From positions 5,456,001-5,520,000 of the forward strand of contig OX597819.1 of NCBI GenBank assembly GCA_951406725.2: a stretch of 64,000 bases of DNA, in the 5' to 3' direction. Both the position numbers and the translations under genes were made by a program. Below are positions 52,266 through 64,000 of this stretch, in pieces; position 1 is the stretch's first letter, and each line of letters opens with the position of its first letter. Under the pieces are notes generated by a model. That model was not told where the DNA came from. It made no database searches and was given only the letters and a program-made list of their open reading frames with translations. This DNA comes from Octopus vulgaris (taxonomy: Eukaryota).

Positions 52266-52526
52266 TAAAACGGTAAGATAACAAAAGAAAGAAAGAGACC
52301 TCAATATTATGTAAATAGAGGAAATTTATCTATACAATAATATGTTACATTACTCGGTAGTCAAGATAAAACTCTGAGTTTCAGATGCCGAAGTGGAAAT
52401 CCACAACACCATCTCTTCGGTTATCAGGCTATTAAATAGCCAGATAACCGAAGAGATGGTGTTGTGGATTTCCACTTCGGCATCTGAAACTCAGAGTTTT
52501 ATCTTGACTACCGAGTAATGTAACAT

Positions 52527-52591
<65 letters not shown>

Positions 52592-52802
52592 ATATGTTTG
52601 TGTGTCTGTGTCTGCCCTCCCCCCAACATGGTTTGACAACCGATGCTGGTGTGTTTACGTCCCTGTAACTTTGCGGTTCGGCAAAAGAGACAGATAGAAT
52701 AAGTACTAGGCTTACAAAGAATAAGTTCTGGAGTCGATTTGCTCGACTAAAGGCTGTGCTCCAGCATGGCCGCAGTCAAATGACTGAAACAAGTAAAAGA
52801 GT
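52038..52802 (+). mobile_element. SINE family B carrying a palindromic insert in its internal (TA)n
   Basis: Head 52038-52200, tail about 52580-52802. Confidence 0.85.
52442..52504 (+). ncRNA. Hammerhead-like motif (C at position 4), mirrored on the minus strand at about 52364-52425
   Basis: AGATAA-CCGAAGA-GATG...CATCt-GAAA-CTCaGAG-TT-TTATCT. Confidence 0.6.
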
Positions 52803-53288
52803 ATGTAGCATATGAAGGGTTATTTCAGAAGCGGAAAAGATGTTGTGAAAACGCACCAAAGAATAATTGAGGTTGATGCCGAGAAGGAAAAAACCTCCCC
52901 ACTCAAGACGGTCTTCCGGCAGACTCTGTAACCCAGCTTTAGGTGGGGACAGAGAATCAGTGTCACAAAGACAGGTGTTTAAACACGACTGCAGGTATCC
53001 TTTGAAGAACTGTGCGGTGGTGGTGGTGTTGGTGGGAAAATTACATTAATCCAAATTAAGGATCAAGTATGGATAAGCTACTCGTCCCTCGCTGTCTATA
53101 GCAACGAGAAAGGGGACTACTGGTCTGCGTGTGATCCTTGAGTAATGTATCGCATGCTAGCCAATTGACAGGATAGGCTGTTATCTGATGATGAAGTAAG
53201 AGATGGAGGGCAGAGGATGGGAGCTTAACCAAAGTCCCACGAAGATCATAAAAAGAGAAACATTCATGTTTTTGGTCATGCAAATATA

Positions 53289-53507
53289 TATTTCTTTACT
53301 ACCCACAAGGGGCTAAACATAGAGAGGACAAACAAGGACAGACAAACGGATTAAGTCGATTATATCGACCCCAGTGCGTAACTGGTACTTTATTTATCGA
53401 CCCCGAAAGGATGAAAGGCAAAGTCGATCTCGGCGGAATTTGGACTCAGAACGTAACGGCAGACGAAATACGGCCCGGCGTGCTAACGATTCTGCCAGCT
53501 CGCCGCC
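53289..53507 (-). mobile_element. SINE family C
   Basis: Head to tail. Confidence 0.9.
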
Positions 53508-53955
53508 TTATATATATAATGGTGTGCAGAAATCCAAGTACGAATGAGTTTTGTGATTGTAGTTGTTGAGGCGGGTGTAAAAAAAGAAAAACAAAACCCC
53601 CTAAAACTGACGTACGATAATTTAGAAAGGGAAACTAGGAGATAGATCCTTTTGTTTTTGAGTTAAAAGAATCGAAAAAAGTGGGAACGAGATGAAAGGC
53701 TGAAATGTTGGCCGAGTGAACAAACGGTATGCTTTATCCGCTTCTCTGAGCTTTCGAAAACACTCCGATTAGCTCGTTGTTGTCAAGACAGAACCTAGTT
53801 GTGAACGGAGGTTTGAAAGAAGAGCTGTTAATAGCGGGGATGAGAAATTTTTTGCTATAAAAGCAGAATAGGTAGATAGAGTTTTGTTCTCTCAGCTACG
53901 CATTCTCGTCAAGGTACACAGGTATTCACAAACTCCAACACATACATACATACAT

Positions 53956-54022
<67 letters not shown>

Positions 54023-54102
54023 TACACACACATACATACATACATACATACATACATACATACATACATACATACATACATACATACAAACAAACAAACA
54101 AA

Positions 54103-54326
54103 CAAAAACCCTGTTGTCGATGGTGAAATTTTAATGAAGGAACGATGGATCTAGGTTAGAAGCCGATTCTTTCTCTATTGGCAAGAAATCTTGAAATAAA
54201 GCTGAACAATGACAACCATACAAAAATATCTTCTTGATGTTGAAATTGCAATGAAGGAGCCTTGGATCTCGATTAGAAAACGGCTCCATCGGTATTGAAA
54301 TAAAACTGAATAATGACATACATACA
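54103..54326 (+). mobile_element. Two tandem copies of a 110-bp unit homologous to the apparent R4-type LINE 3' end, within (CATA)n
   Basis: GGATCTAGGTTAGAA..CGATTCTTTCTCTATTGGCAAGAAATCTTGAAATAAA..CTGAA.AATGACA matches the reverse complement of 61283-61385. Confidence 0.7.
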
Positions 54327-54329
54327 TAT

Positions 54330-54547
54330 TCTTTTATTCTTTTAATTGTTTCAGTCATTTGACTGCGGCCATGCCGGAGCACTGCCTTTAGTCGAGCATT
54401 TCAACCCCAGGACTTATTCTTTGTAAGCTTGGTACTAATTCTATCGGTCTTTTTTGTTGAACCACTAAATTACGGGGACGTAAACAAACCAACATCGGTT
54501 GTCAAGCGATGCCGATGGTGGCAAACACAGAAACATAAATACACACT

Positions 54548-54599
<52 letters not shown>

Positions 54600-55391
54600 G
54601 TGAATTGAAGAAATGGAGCTGAACGAAGAATGAACAGAAATCGTTTTATTTCATTCTACACGTGTTTCGAAAGGCACAATTTACCAAAATCCGATTGAAT
54701 AATGAGACCATATTGTGTCTTTCTCTTCAGGAAGAAAATAGGAAATCCGTTGGAAAAGACAAAAACAGAACAGAGGCGGAGCAAAACAAATCGAACTAGG
54801 CTCCTAAGAGCCCATGGTCAAACTCCATGGGCCATGGGCTCTTAGGAGCCTAGTTCGATTTGTTTTGCTCCGCCTCTGTTCTGTTTTTGTTTTTTCCAAC
54901 GGATTTCCTATTTTCTTCCTGAAGAGAAAGACACAATATGGTCTCATTATTCAATCGGATTTTGGTAAATTGTGCCTTTCGAAACACGTGTAGAATGAAA
55001 TAAAACGATTTCTGTTCAATCTTCGTTCAGCTCCATTTCTTCAATTCACTAATAATATTAAAATTCAATTATCCGCACCAACGCACGGTTGCAACACCAT
55101 ATGGTTGTACCTCCAACCGTGCTGTCTTCTGCTGTGATTTTTGCTACCAAGGTATCGGTTAAACTTTTGATTAATCTGCTACAAGATTATTCATCTTTCT
55201 ATTTCACATAAATATATATATATATATATACAGGCTTCTTTCAGTTTCCGTCTACCAAATCCACTCACAAGACATTGGTCGGCCCGATGCTATAGTAGAA
55301 GACACTTGCCCGAGGTGCCACGTAGTGGGACTGAACCCGGAACCATGTGGTTGAGAAAGCAAGCATCTTACCACACTGCTACGCCTGCGCC
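54330..55391 (-). mobile_element. SINE family B carrying a 615-bp palindromic insert in its internal (TA)n
   Basis: Tail about 54330-54555, head 55230-55391. Confidence 0.85.
54909..55002 (+). ncRNA. Canonical type-I hammerhead ribozyme motif, mirrored on the minus strand at 54647-54740
   Basis: TATTTTcTTC-CTGAAGA-GAAAGaCACAAT...ATTGTGcCTTTC-GAAA-CACGTG-TA-GAAtGAAATA. Confidence 0.88.
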
Positions 55392-55699
55392 TATATATAC
55401 TATATATACTTCTATTTTGAAACTTCTCATAGGTCGTTAGTTTTTGACAACGGGATTTAAGTTCTAGTTTCATATATTATATGTATGTGTGTGTGTGTGT
55501 GCGTGCGTTTGTGGGACTGTGCCGTGAACCGTTATCATTTAATGTTTATAAGAATTCTTCTTAGAAGGATGCTGTTTTTTCTAACAGGGAAACAGAAACA
55601 TTATCATAGGAATTTGAATAACGAAAACAATGATTGTTCTGCATTGAACTTTTAGAAATTCTTGCAAAATTTTACTCTTCTGCTGCTTGCATATATATG

Positions 55700-55916
55700 T
55701 TTCTTTACTACCCACAAGGGGCTAAACAGAGGGGACAAACAAGAACAGACAAACGATTATATCGACCCCAGTGCGTAACTGGTACTTAATTTATCGACCC
55801 CGAAAGGATGAAAGGCAAAGTCGACCTCGGCGGAATTTGAACTCGGAACGTAACGGTAAACGAAATACAGCTACGCATTTCGCCCGGCGTGCTAACGGTT
55901 CTGCCAGCTCGCCGCC
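55700..55916 (-). mobile_element. SINE family C
   Basis: Head to tail. Confidence 0.9.
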
Positions 55917-55968
55917 TTCATATATATGCATACATATGCATATATATGCATGTGTGTGTATGTGTGTG

Positions 55969-56000
<32 letters not shown>

Positions 56001-56044
56001 AGTGAACGTCTTCCCATGTTGGTACCAACAAGTATATTGCGCAA

Positions 56045-56512
56045 ACATCCCGATGTATACATCAACCAATTGGATGAAATGATGAGTGGACTTGCAATTA
56101 AACAACTGAGATTAGTCAATAGAGACAGGCCAATTCTCTAGCAAGACAATGCTCGATCAAATGCTGAACAAAGAACGCTACACAAGTTTCAGGAGCTGAA
56201 CTTGGAAGTGTTCTGTCATCCACCATATTCACCAACTGACTATCGTGGTTTTCAGACATTAGACAACGCTTTGCAAAGAAAAAAAGGAAAAAAACTTCAA
56301 ATCTGAAGAAGATGCTAAAACAGCTTTCGTGCTTTCATCACCTTTTGCTCTCAAGAATTCTTCGCTGCCAGCAAAATAAGCTACTGATAAAATGGCAAAA
56401 TTGTGTTGATAATTTAGGTGCACACTTTGATTAATTGCATTGCTTTTTGTTGGGATAAAGTAAAATACACTTTCAGTTCAAAATCGGACATGTCATTCTT
56501 AATGACCTGATA
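56045..56512 (+). pseudogene. mariner transposase 3' half with probable right TIR
   Basis: YINQLDEM..NRDRPIL*QDNAR..LEVFCHPPYSPTDY..KWQNCVDNLGAHFD*, followed by ..AATGACCTGA-TA. Confidence 0.85.
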
Positions 56513-56830
56513 GTTAGTAACTTAGTCTAGGCACACACATTTATACGGGCGATCTTTCCGTATTGGTATAGAGAGTGACGGTATGAGTAAACGACGCCAT
56601 TCATTCTTTTTCATAAGAGAAGGTTGTGTGGATTGCCTTTATACGAACGCATACTCAAATACACACACTTATAGTTAGATATATACACATAATTACACGC
56701 ACACACTCACACACACACATATATACACATACACACACATATATACACACACACACACACATATATACACACACACACACACATATATACACACACACAC
56801 ATATATACACACACACACATATATACATAC

Positions 56831-56885
<55 letters not shown>

Positions 56886-56984
56886 TATATATACTTTACT
56901 TTATTTAAAGCAGCAGCAAATTCAACAAAACCTGTTACTCTGAGTTTCCCGTTGCCGTTCATGGGACAGTTTGTGCTAGAAAAA

Positions 56985-57022
56985 CTGTCCGATGAATGGC
57001 AACGGGAAACTCAGAGTAACAG
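56985..57022 (+). ncRNA. Minimal hammerhead-like motif (C at position 4, GCAA-capped stem II), mirrored in the left arm
   Basis: CTGT-CCGATGA-aTG-GCAA-CGg-GAAA-CTCaGAG-TA-ACAG. Confidence 0.65.
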
Positions 57023-57122
57023 GTTGTTGAATTTTCTGCTGCTTTAAATACACCATATTACTCTACCACTGATATTTGAGTACTCTTTTTTCCACCTTGT
57101 TTCATATATATGTGTTTACTCC

Positions 57123-57174
<52 letters not shown>

Positions 57175-57425
57175 CCCACCCACATATAATGTATGCACAC
57201 GCATATATGTGCATATTTCTACAGGGTAGATATTCACGCATATACATGCGATGCTTTGTGCGTGTTTATACATTTCTATTGCTTGGTGTACCAGAGAAAG
57301 TGTTTTCTTTTTCAATTAACATAGACTATACGGTTTTTGTGTCTTTTTTCTTGTCTAGCTTTCAAAATTTAGATTATTTAGATGAAAAAAATTAATGCGT
57401 AATAATCAGTTTTAATAACAGATTA

Positions 57426-57456
<31 letters not shown>

Positions 57457-57515
57457 GCGTGTGTGTGTGATTGCGTATATATGTATGCGTCTATATACAC
57501 GCACACACATACATG

Positions 57516-57550
<35 letters not shown>

Positions 57551-58616
57551 CATACATATATGTGTGTGCATGTATATATATATATATATATATATATGCA
57601 TGTATATATATATATAAATGCATGTATATATATATATCTGTGTGCGTATATATATATGTATGTGTGTATATATATATGTATGCATGCATATATATACATA
57701 TATATACATGCGTATATATGTATACACAAACGCGCACTCACACACACACATGCACACACACTCACTGGGGGGGGGGAGGTGCGTGTATAAGAATGAAACA
57801 GTACTACGGTGATATGAACGTGGAAAAAAAAATTGGGATAAGAACTGTGAAGATGTGTACGCATTTCCCAAGAGAACTCACGTGAAATCCGTACGGCTGG
57901 CAATCGACATCCGTTTGAAAACTTGACACATGTCGGGTGACTAACTTACAGACTTCAGTTGTAGTCTACTTACTAAGCTGCCTATTTTATTCAGTTCTAT
58001 TCAGAGTTATGCTCCTAAGCATTATGCAATGCCAAACTGTTAAAATAGTATTTAGCTGAACTGTTTATTTCTGACTATCACAGACTATAAATGTGTTTAA
58101 AAAAGTAAAACATGAAATGAAATATAAGCTTTGTGCAGTGTATTTGTTCAGTTTTAAAGACAGTTTAGATGAACTTATAGAGACTGTTGATGATAAAAAG
58201 CAAACCAAACCATCAGTGTCACCCACGATGGTCGCTACCCTATCCAACAAAAACATCAACAGCAGCAACAGTAGGAGCAACAGTAGCAGCAGTAGGAGCA
58301 GCGATAAAGTACCATCTTTCTATTTGTTGCCTTCTTTCTCCTGCTTCTCTCTTTCACTCCCTCATTCATCTCATACCAACTACTCTCTCGCGGCCATTAG
58401 ACAGACTCTCTTTCGTATTGAAATGTCATTTCAAATATGAGTGTTTCAGTGAGATTTTCCCACAAAATGAATACAACTGACCCGCAGATAAGGCGTCTTA
58501 TTTTGCTTTACAATATTCTAGGTTTTTAAACAATAGAATAAATAAGTACTTTTATTTTGAAACTTCTCATAAGTCGTTAGATTTCGACAACGGGATATTA
58601 ACTCTAGTTTCATATA

Positions 58617-59135
58617 TGCATGTGTATGTATGTATGTATGTATGTATGTATGTATGTATGCATGCATGCATGTATGCATGCATGTATGTATGTATGTATG
58701 TATGTATGTATGTATGTATGTATGCATGTATGTATGTATGTATGCATGTATGTATGTATGTATGTATGTATGTATGTATGTATGTATGTATGTATGTATG
58801 TATGTATGTATGTATGTATGTATGTATGTATGTATGTATGCATGTATGTATGTATGTATGTATGTATGTATGTATGCATGTATGTATGTATGTATGCATG
58901 TATGTATGTATGTATGCATGCATGTATGTATGCATGTATGCATGTATGTATGTATGTATGTATGCATGTATGTATGAATGTATGCATGCATGCATGTATG
59001 TATGTATGTATGTATGTATGTATGTATGTATGTATGTATGTATGTATGTTTCATATATATGCATATATATGTATGTATGTTTCATATATGTATGTATGTA
59101 TGTGTATGTATGTATGTATGTATGTATGTATGTAT
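58617..59135. repeat. (TATG)n array with CATG variants
   Basis: Read directly. Confidence 0.95.
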
Positions 59136-59413
59136 GTGTGTGTGTGTATGTGTTCGTCTGTGAGTGTGCTGTTAGCCGTTATCTTTTAATGTTTATAAGA
59201 ATTTTTCTTAAAAGGAGGGAACTGTTTTTCTAATGGAAACACAAGCTTCACTACTGGACGTTGAATAACAACAATGATTGTTGTGCATTGAACTTCGAGA
59301 AATTCTTGCATAATTTCACTCTTCCAGTTTTTGCATGTGTATGCATCTGTGTGTGAGAGTGTGTATTTATATCTATATATCATAATAAGAGCTTGTATAC
59401 ACACACACACACA

Positions 59414-59467
<54 letters not shown>

Positions 59468-59629
59468 GCTTACATATGGCGCCATCAACATCAAACATGC
59501 AAGCGTATGGGTGGGGAGGGGGGCGTTCAAAAATGCTTATTCAAACGTTTTTTTTTCTGCAATTATACCGACTCTTCCAATCTATACCAGTAACAGTTTA
59601 TTTCTTGTGTTATAAATATGACTACTCTC

Positions 59630-60046
59630 TCTCTTTTACTCTTTTACTTGTTTCAGTCATTTGACTGCGGCCATGCTGGAGCACCGCCTTTAGTCGAGCA
59701 AATCGGCCCCGGGACTTATTCTTTGTAAGCCCAGTACTTATTCTATCCGTCTCTTTTGCCGAACCGCTAAGTGACGGGGGACGTAAACACACCAGCATCG
59801 GTTGTCAAGCAATGCTAGGGGGACAAACACACACACACAAACACATACACACACATACATATATATATATATATACATATATACGACAGGCTTCTTTCAG
59901 TTTCCGTCTACCAAATCCACTCACAAGGCATTGGTCGGCCCGGGGCTATAGCAGAAGACACTTGCCCAAGATGCCACGCAGTGGGACTGAACCCGGAACC
60001 ATGTGGTTGGTTAGCAAGCTACTTACCACACAGCCACTCCTGCGCC
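59630..60046 (-). mobile_element. SINE family B, full length
   Basis: Head to tail. Confidence 0.9.
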
Positions 60047-60444
60047 TACATGACTAACAGCTTTTTACTTAGCTTCTTAGCATCATTCAGACTGGATTAC
60101 AAAATATATCTTACACAACATGAAATTTCACTTTTACGATCATGGCACATATTGATGATAACAGCAACAGCAACACTGATAGTAGTAGCAGAAGTAATAC
60201 TACGACACCTGTAATAAGCTACACGAAACAATATAAAGTACTCTTCCTGCTTCACTTGGTCTTTGCATTTAAATCAGAAATCTCCAGTGCTACGAAAACG
60301 CCCTAAAAAATACTGGAACTAAGCTCTCCTAAACTTAGCTCTCCTAAACTTAGCTCTCTCTCATTCTGTTGTGAAAGCAATGACCAGTTGTATACGATGC
60401 GCTAATCTCGTTTACCCTAATACATATACATGCTATATGGCATT

Positions 60445-60828
60445 GTGGAAGCGCTATGGCCCAGTGGTTAGGGCAGCGGACTCGCGGTCATAGGATCGCG
60501 GTTTCGATTCCCAGACCGGGCGTTGTGAGTGTTTATTGAGCGAAAACACCTAAAGCTCCACGAGGCTCCGGCAGAGGATGGTGGTGATCCCTGCTGTACT
60601 CTTTCACCACAACTTTCTCTCACTCTTACTTCCTGTTTCTGTTGTACCTGTATTTCAAGGGGCCGGCCTTGTCACTCTCTGTATCCCGCTGAATATCCCC
60701 GAGAACTACGTTAAGGGTACACGTGTCTGTGGAGTGCTCAGCCACTTACACGTTAATTTCACGAGCAGGCTGTTCCGTTGATTCGGATCAACAGGAACCC
60801 TCGTCGTCGTAACCGACGGAGTGCTTCC
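60445..60828 (+). mobile_element. SINE family A, full length
   Basis: 19-bp TSD with one mismatch, ATACATGCYATATGGCATT, at 60426-60444 and 60833-60851. Confidence 0.95.
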
Positions 60829-60982
60829 CCCCATACATGCCATATGGCATTATGGGTTCAAGAGCAAAAAAGGCTTGAAGAGAGAAAAAAACTTGCGTAA
60901 AAAATTTGAATCTGAAAAGGAAGAGTCAGGGTGTAAAAAAAGAAAGAAAAAAGCCAATGCATTAATTCAACTTTCTATTTTT

Positions 60983-61278
60983 GGCATATGGGTCAGTGGT
61001 TACAACATTGGGCTGATGAGGTAGTGAGTTCGATTCTCGGACTAGGTTGTGTGTTGTCTTCTTGAGTAAGACACTTTATTTCACATTGCTCCAGTACACT
61101 CGGCTGTAGGTATCAGCCATTGTTTTCCTTTGGACAACATCGGTGGCGTGGAGAGGGGAGGCTGGGATGCATGGACGACTGCTAGTGTTCCACAAAGAAG
61201 CCTGCTTGGACTTGCCTTGGAGGGGAACTTTCTACGGGCAATCCCATGGTCATTCATGACCGAAGTGGAGAGGTCTTT
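60983..61278 (+). mobile_element. SINE family D (diverged)
   Basis: Homologous to 35085-35420. Confidence 0.75.
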
Positions 61279-61282
61279 ATAT

Positions 61283-61442
61283 ATGTATGTCATTATTCAG
61301 TTTATTTCAAGATTTCTTGCCAATAGAGAAAGAATCGGTTTCTAATCTAGATCCATTGGAATTTCAACTTCAACAACGGTATTTTTTGTATGTATGTGTG
61401 TATGTATGTATGTATGTATGTATGTATGTATGTATGTATGTA

Positions 61443-61473
<31 letters not shown>

Positions 61474-63682
61474 ATGTATGTGTGTATGTATGTATGTATG
61501 TATGTATGTATGTATGTATGTATGTGTGTATGTATGTATGTATGTATGTATGTATGTGTGTATGTATGTATGTATGTGTGTATGTATGTATGTATGTATG
61601 TATGTATGTATGATTGTATGTATGTTTGTATGTATGTATGTATGTATGTATGTATGTATGATTGTATGTATGATTGTATGTATGATTGTATGTATGTATG
61701 TATGTATGTATGTATGTATGTATGTATGTATGTACGTATGTATGTATGTATGTATGTATGTATGTATGTATGTATGTATGTATGTATGTGCAGACTTGTT
61801 TGTTTTATGTATGTATTCTCATGCATATAGCCACATATCTAGACATGCTCATATATATCTAACTGATAAACTTCTGGAAAGTTTTACAGATTTTACAGTT
61901 ACAGTGATGGATTGGAACTGTAGTCTTCGAATTAACTCTCTCCTTTCTGGTTTTGAGAAGCCTAATTTCTCAAGATTGGTACTTAGGCAGCATGTTACAT
62001 ATCCCAGGGCCCCAATAATTACGGGTATAAACCTGAACTTGTAATCAGGATAGAGTAACTGCAGATTTTTCAATAGTTCAGCATAGGTCTCTTTTTTCAC
62101 AGATCTTCGGCTTTATGTTAATATCCGCTGGGCAGCTAATTTCTACAACTGTTCACAGTTTCTCTTCTCTATCCCAAATCATTATATCAGGGCTATTGTG
62201 CTTACATTTTATTGAGGTATTCATTGGTACATTCCGCCAGTATTCCTTTTCATTACGAGTGGCTATGGTTTCTACCATATTGTGGGTTCCTATTCTTGGT
62301 CCTCGGGATTATCCTTCCGATGGATTTCATTATAAAGTGTCCTAGCTACAACGTCATATCTCATCGGTAGATAATACCATGATCACATTTTCGTAAAACT
62401 GCTTATGATGTGGGTGATATCTTCAGTGTGAACTCCACAAAGTCTGCATCGATTGTTACATTTTACAGTTTTTCCTGCATCTCTATCCTTTTTGTGCATC
62501 AGGTACTTGGTTGATATTTCCTGTTCCTGGATTGCAAACGCATACCCTTCAAAGTAATCCGGGTATTCGTCCATGATAAACTGCCTTGATGATCGATGTT
62601 ACTATCATCACGAAGCTTTCTACTAACATATCCATGCATTTTCTTCTGCTCATATAGGCTCATCCTTTCATCTGATGATACGTTGCGGTAGAGTCGTGCA
62701 ACTTCTTTGGGCATGTATTCTAAGTTATCAGACAAAGACTGTTGCTCAAGTCTTCGAAGTCTTATGATGTTATCAGCCTCATGTATGCAAACTTGGTCAA
62801 GGGCTGCACTTCGAGTTCAAACACTACGAACACTTTGTGGGCCACTGTTTTACTGAATGCAGAGAGTTCTGAGGTCCAAATTTTCTTTATACGGCTGTAA
62901 TATTCTTCAGTGACACGTGTTTTGTTACAGGTGTCATTGTAAGATATATTTCCATCCACCCCTCGATATTTGTAACATTCCTCGTCAGATACAGGGGAAA
63001 CAGTCAAATCAACGATGGAGATGTTACTTGTATGATTTATTGACTTCCCCCTTTTCACAACCATATAACAACATTTATCCTGACCAAACTCCAACCTACA
63101 TCCTTTGAGAATGTTATAACTAGGTCAAGGCTCTTTTTCATCTCATGCATATTCTTTGCATAAAGTTTTAAGTTTTAAGTTATGCACAAAGAAACAGTGT
63201 GTAATTTTGGTATCTCTGTTTCATTGTGAACCAGGGAGATACCCTTCAGGCTTCCTTAACATGAATAAGAAGGGGTTTAACAAAAAGTATAAAGAACATC
63301 ACAGAGAGGCTATCTCCTTGGAATATGCCTTTGCCATATTGTATTTTATCGGTGATAATACAGTCACTCTTCTGTGTTTAATTTCGAGATGGTGGCCCAC
63401 GATGAAGTCAGGTCAGCTATGGCTTTGACTATTGTCATTGGGACTTTAACAAGTTGAAGGGCTTCTAGCATCCACGAGTGGGAACAGTCAAAAGCTTTCT
63501 TGTAATCTAGCCACATTAAAACTAGGTTCCTCCTATGTTCCCGCACCTCTGACATCACAGTTCTGTTGATTAGCAATTGCTCGGCACATCCCCAGACTCC
63601 CTTCTTCCCATCTGCTTGTTCTGCTGTGATAATGTTATTGGTTTCACAATGGTCTTGGAGGAAGAACTTTAAACATGTTGTA
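61283..63682 (-). mobile_element. 5'-truncated, decayed R4/Dong-type (RLE) non-LTR retrotransposon
   Basis: RT motifs EQ.GKKG..GC.EQLLI, WLDYKKAFD, GIFQGDSLS, MEFG.DKC, YKY.GV; CRLC..E...HI zinc finger; PD..VVEISCP restriction-like endonuclease; (CATA)n array in the 3' region. Confidence 0.88.
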
Positions 63683-63686
63683 TATA

Positions 63687-64000
63687 GGCGCAGGAGTGGC
63701 TGTGTGGTAAGTAGCTTGCTTACCAACCACACAGTTCCGGGTTCAGTCCCACTGCGTGGCACCTTGGGCAAGTGTCTTCTACTATAGCCTCGGGCCGACC
63801 AAAGCCTTGTGAGTGGATTTGGTAGATGGAAACTGAAAGAAGCCCGTCGTATATATATATATGCATATATATATGTGTGTATGTGTGTTTGTGTATCTGT
63901 GTTTGTCTCCCCAACATCGCTTGACAACCGATGCTGGTGTGTTTACGTTCCCGTTACTTACCGGTTCGGCAAAAGAGACCGATAGGATAAGTACTGGGCT
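63687..64000 (+). mobile_element. SINE family B (runs off window)
   Basis: GGCGCAGGAGTGGCTGTGTGG head. Confidence 0.9.

Overview
This is AT-rich, microsatellite-saturated animal DNA, most likely an octopus or other coleoid cephalopod genome (inferred from the SINE repertoire and the (TA)n/(CA)n/(TACA)n load). No complete protein-coding gene is visible. The only plausible host exon is a minus-strand signal-peptide first exon at 8502-8559. The rest is repeats: about 45 copies of four tRNA-headed SINE families (my labels A-D), a Penelope-like (Neptune-type) GIY-YIG fragment, an ORF1-only L1/Tx1-like element, R4/Dong-type LINE relics, Helitron, mariner and hAT relics, and a tRNA-Leu(TAA) pseudogene. 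The most striking pattern is a set of nine short inserts, unrelated in sequence, each carrying a type-I hammerhead ribozyme motif (several canonical, some degenerate). Most sit in or next to (TA)n tracts and many are fold-back palindromes with both 3' ends facing the microsatellite. Three landed in the internal (TA)n of SINE B, and one has an empty paralogous site within the window. Almost all ORFs in the supplied track are microsatellite or SINE artefacts. All alignments and folds were done by eye, so coordinates may be off by a few bases.
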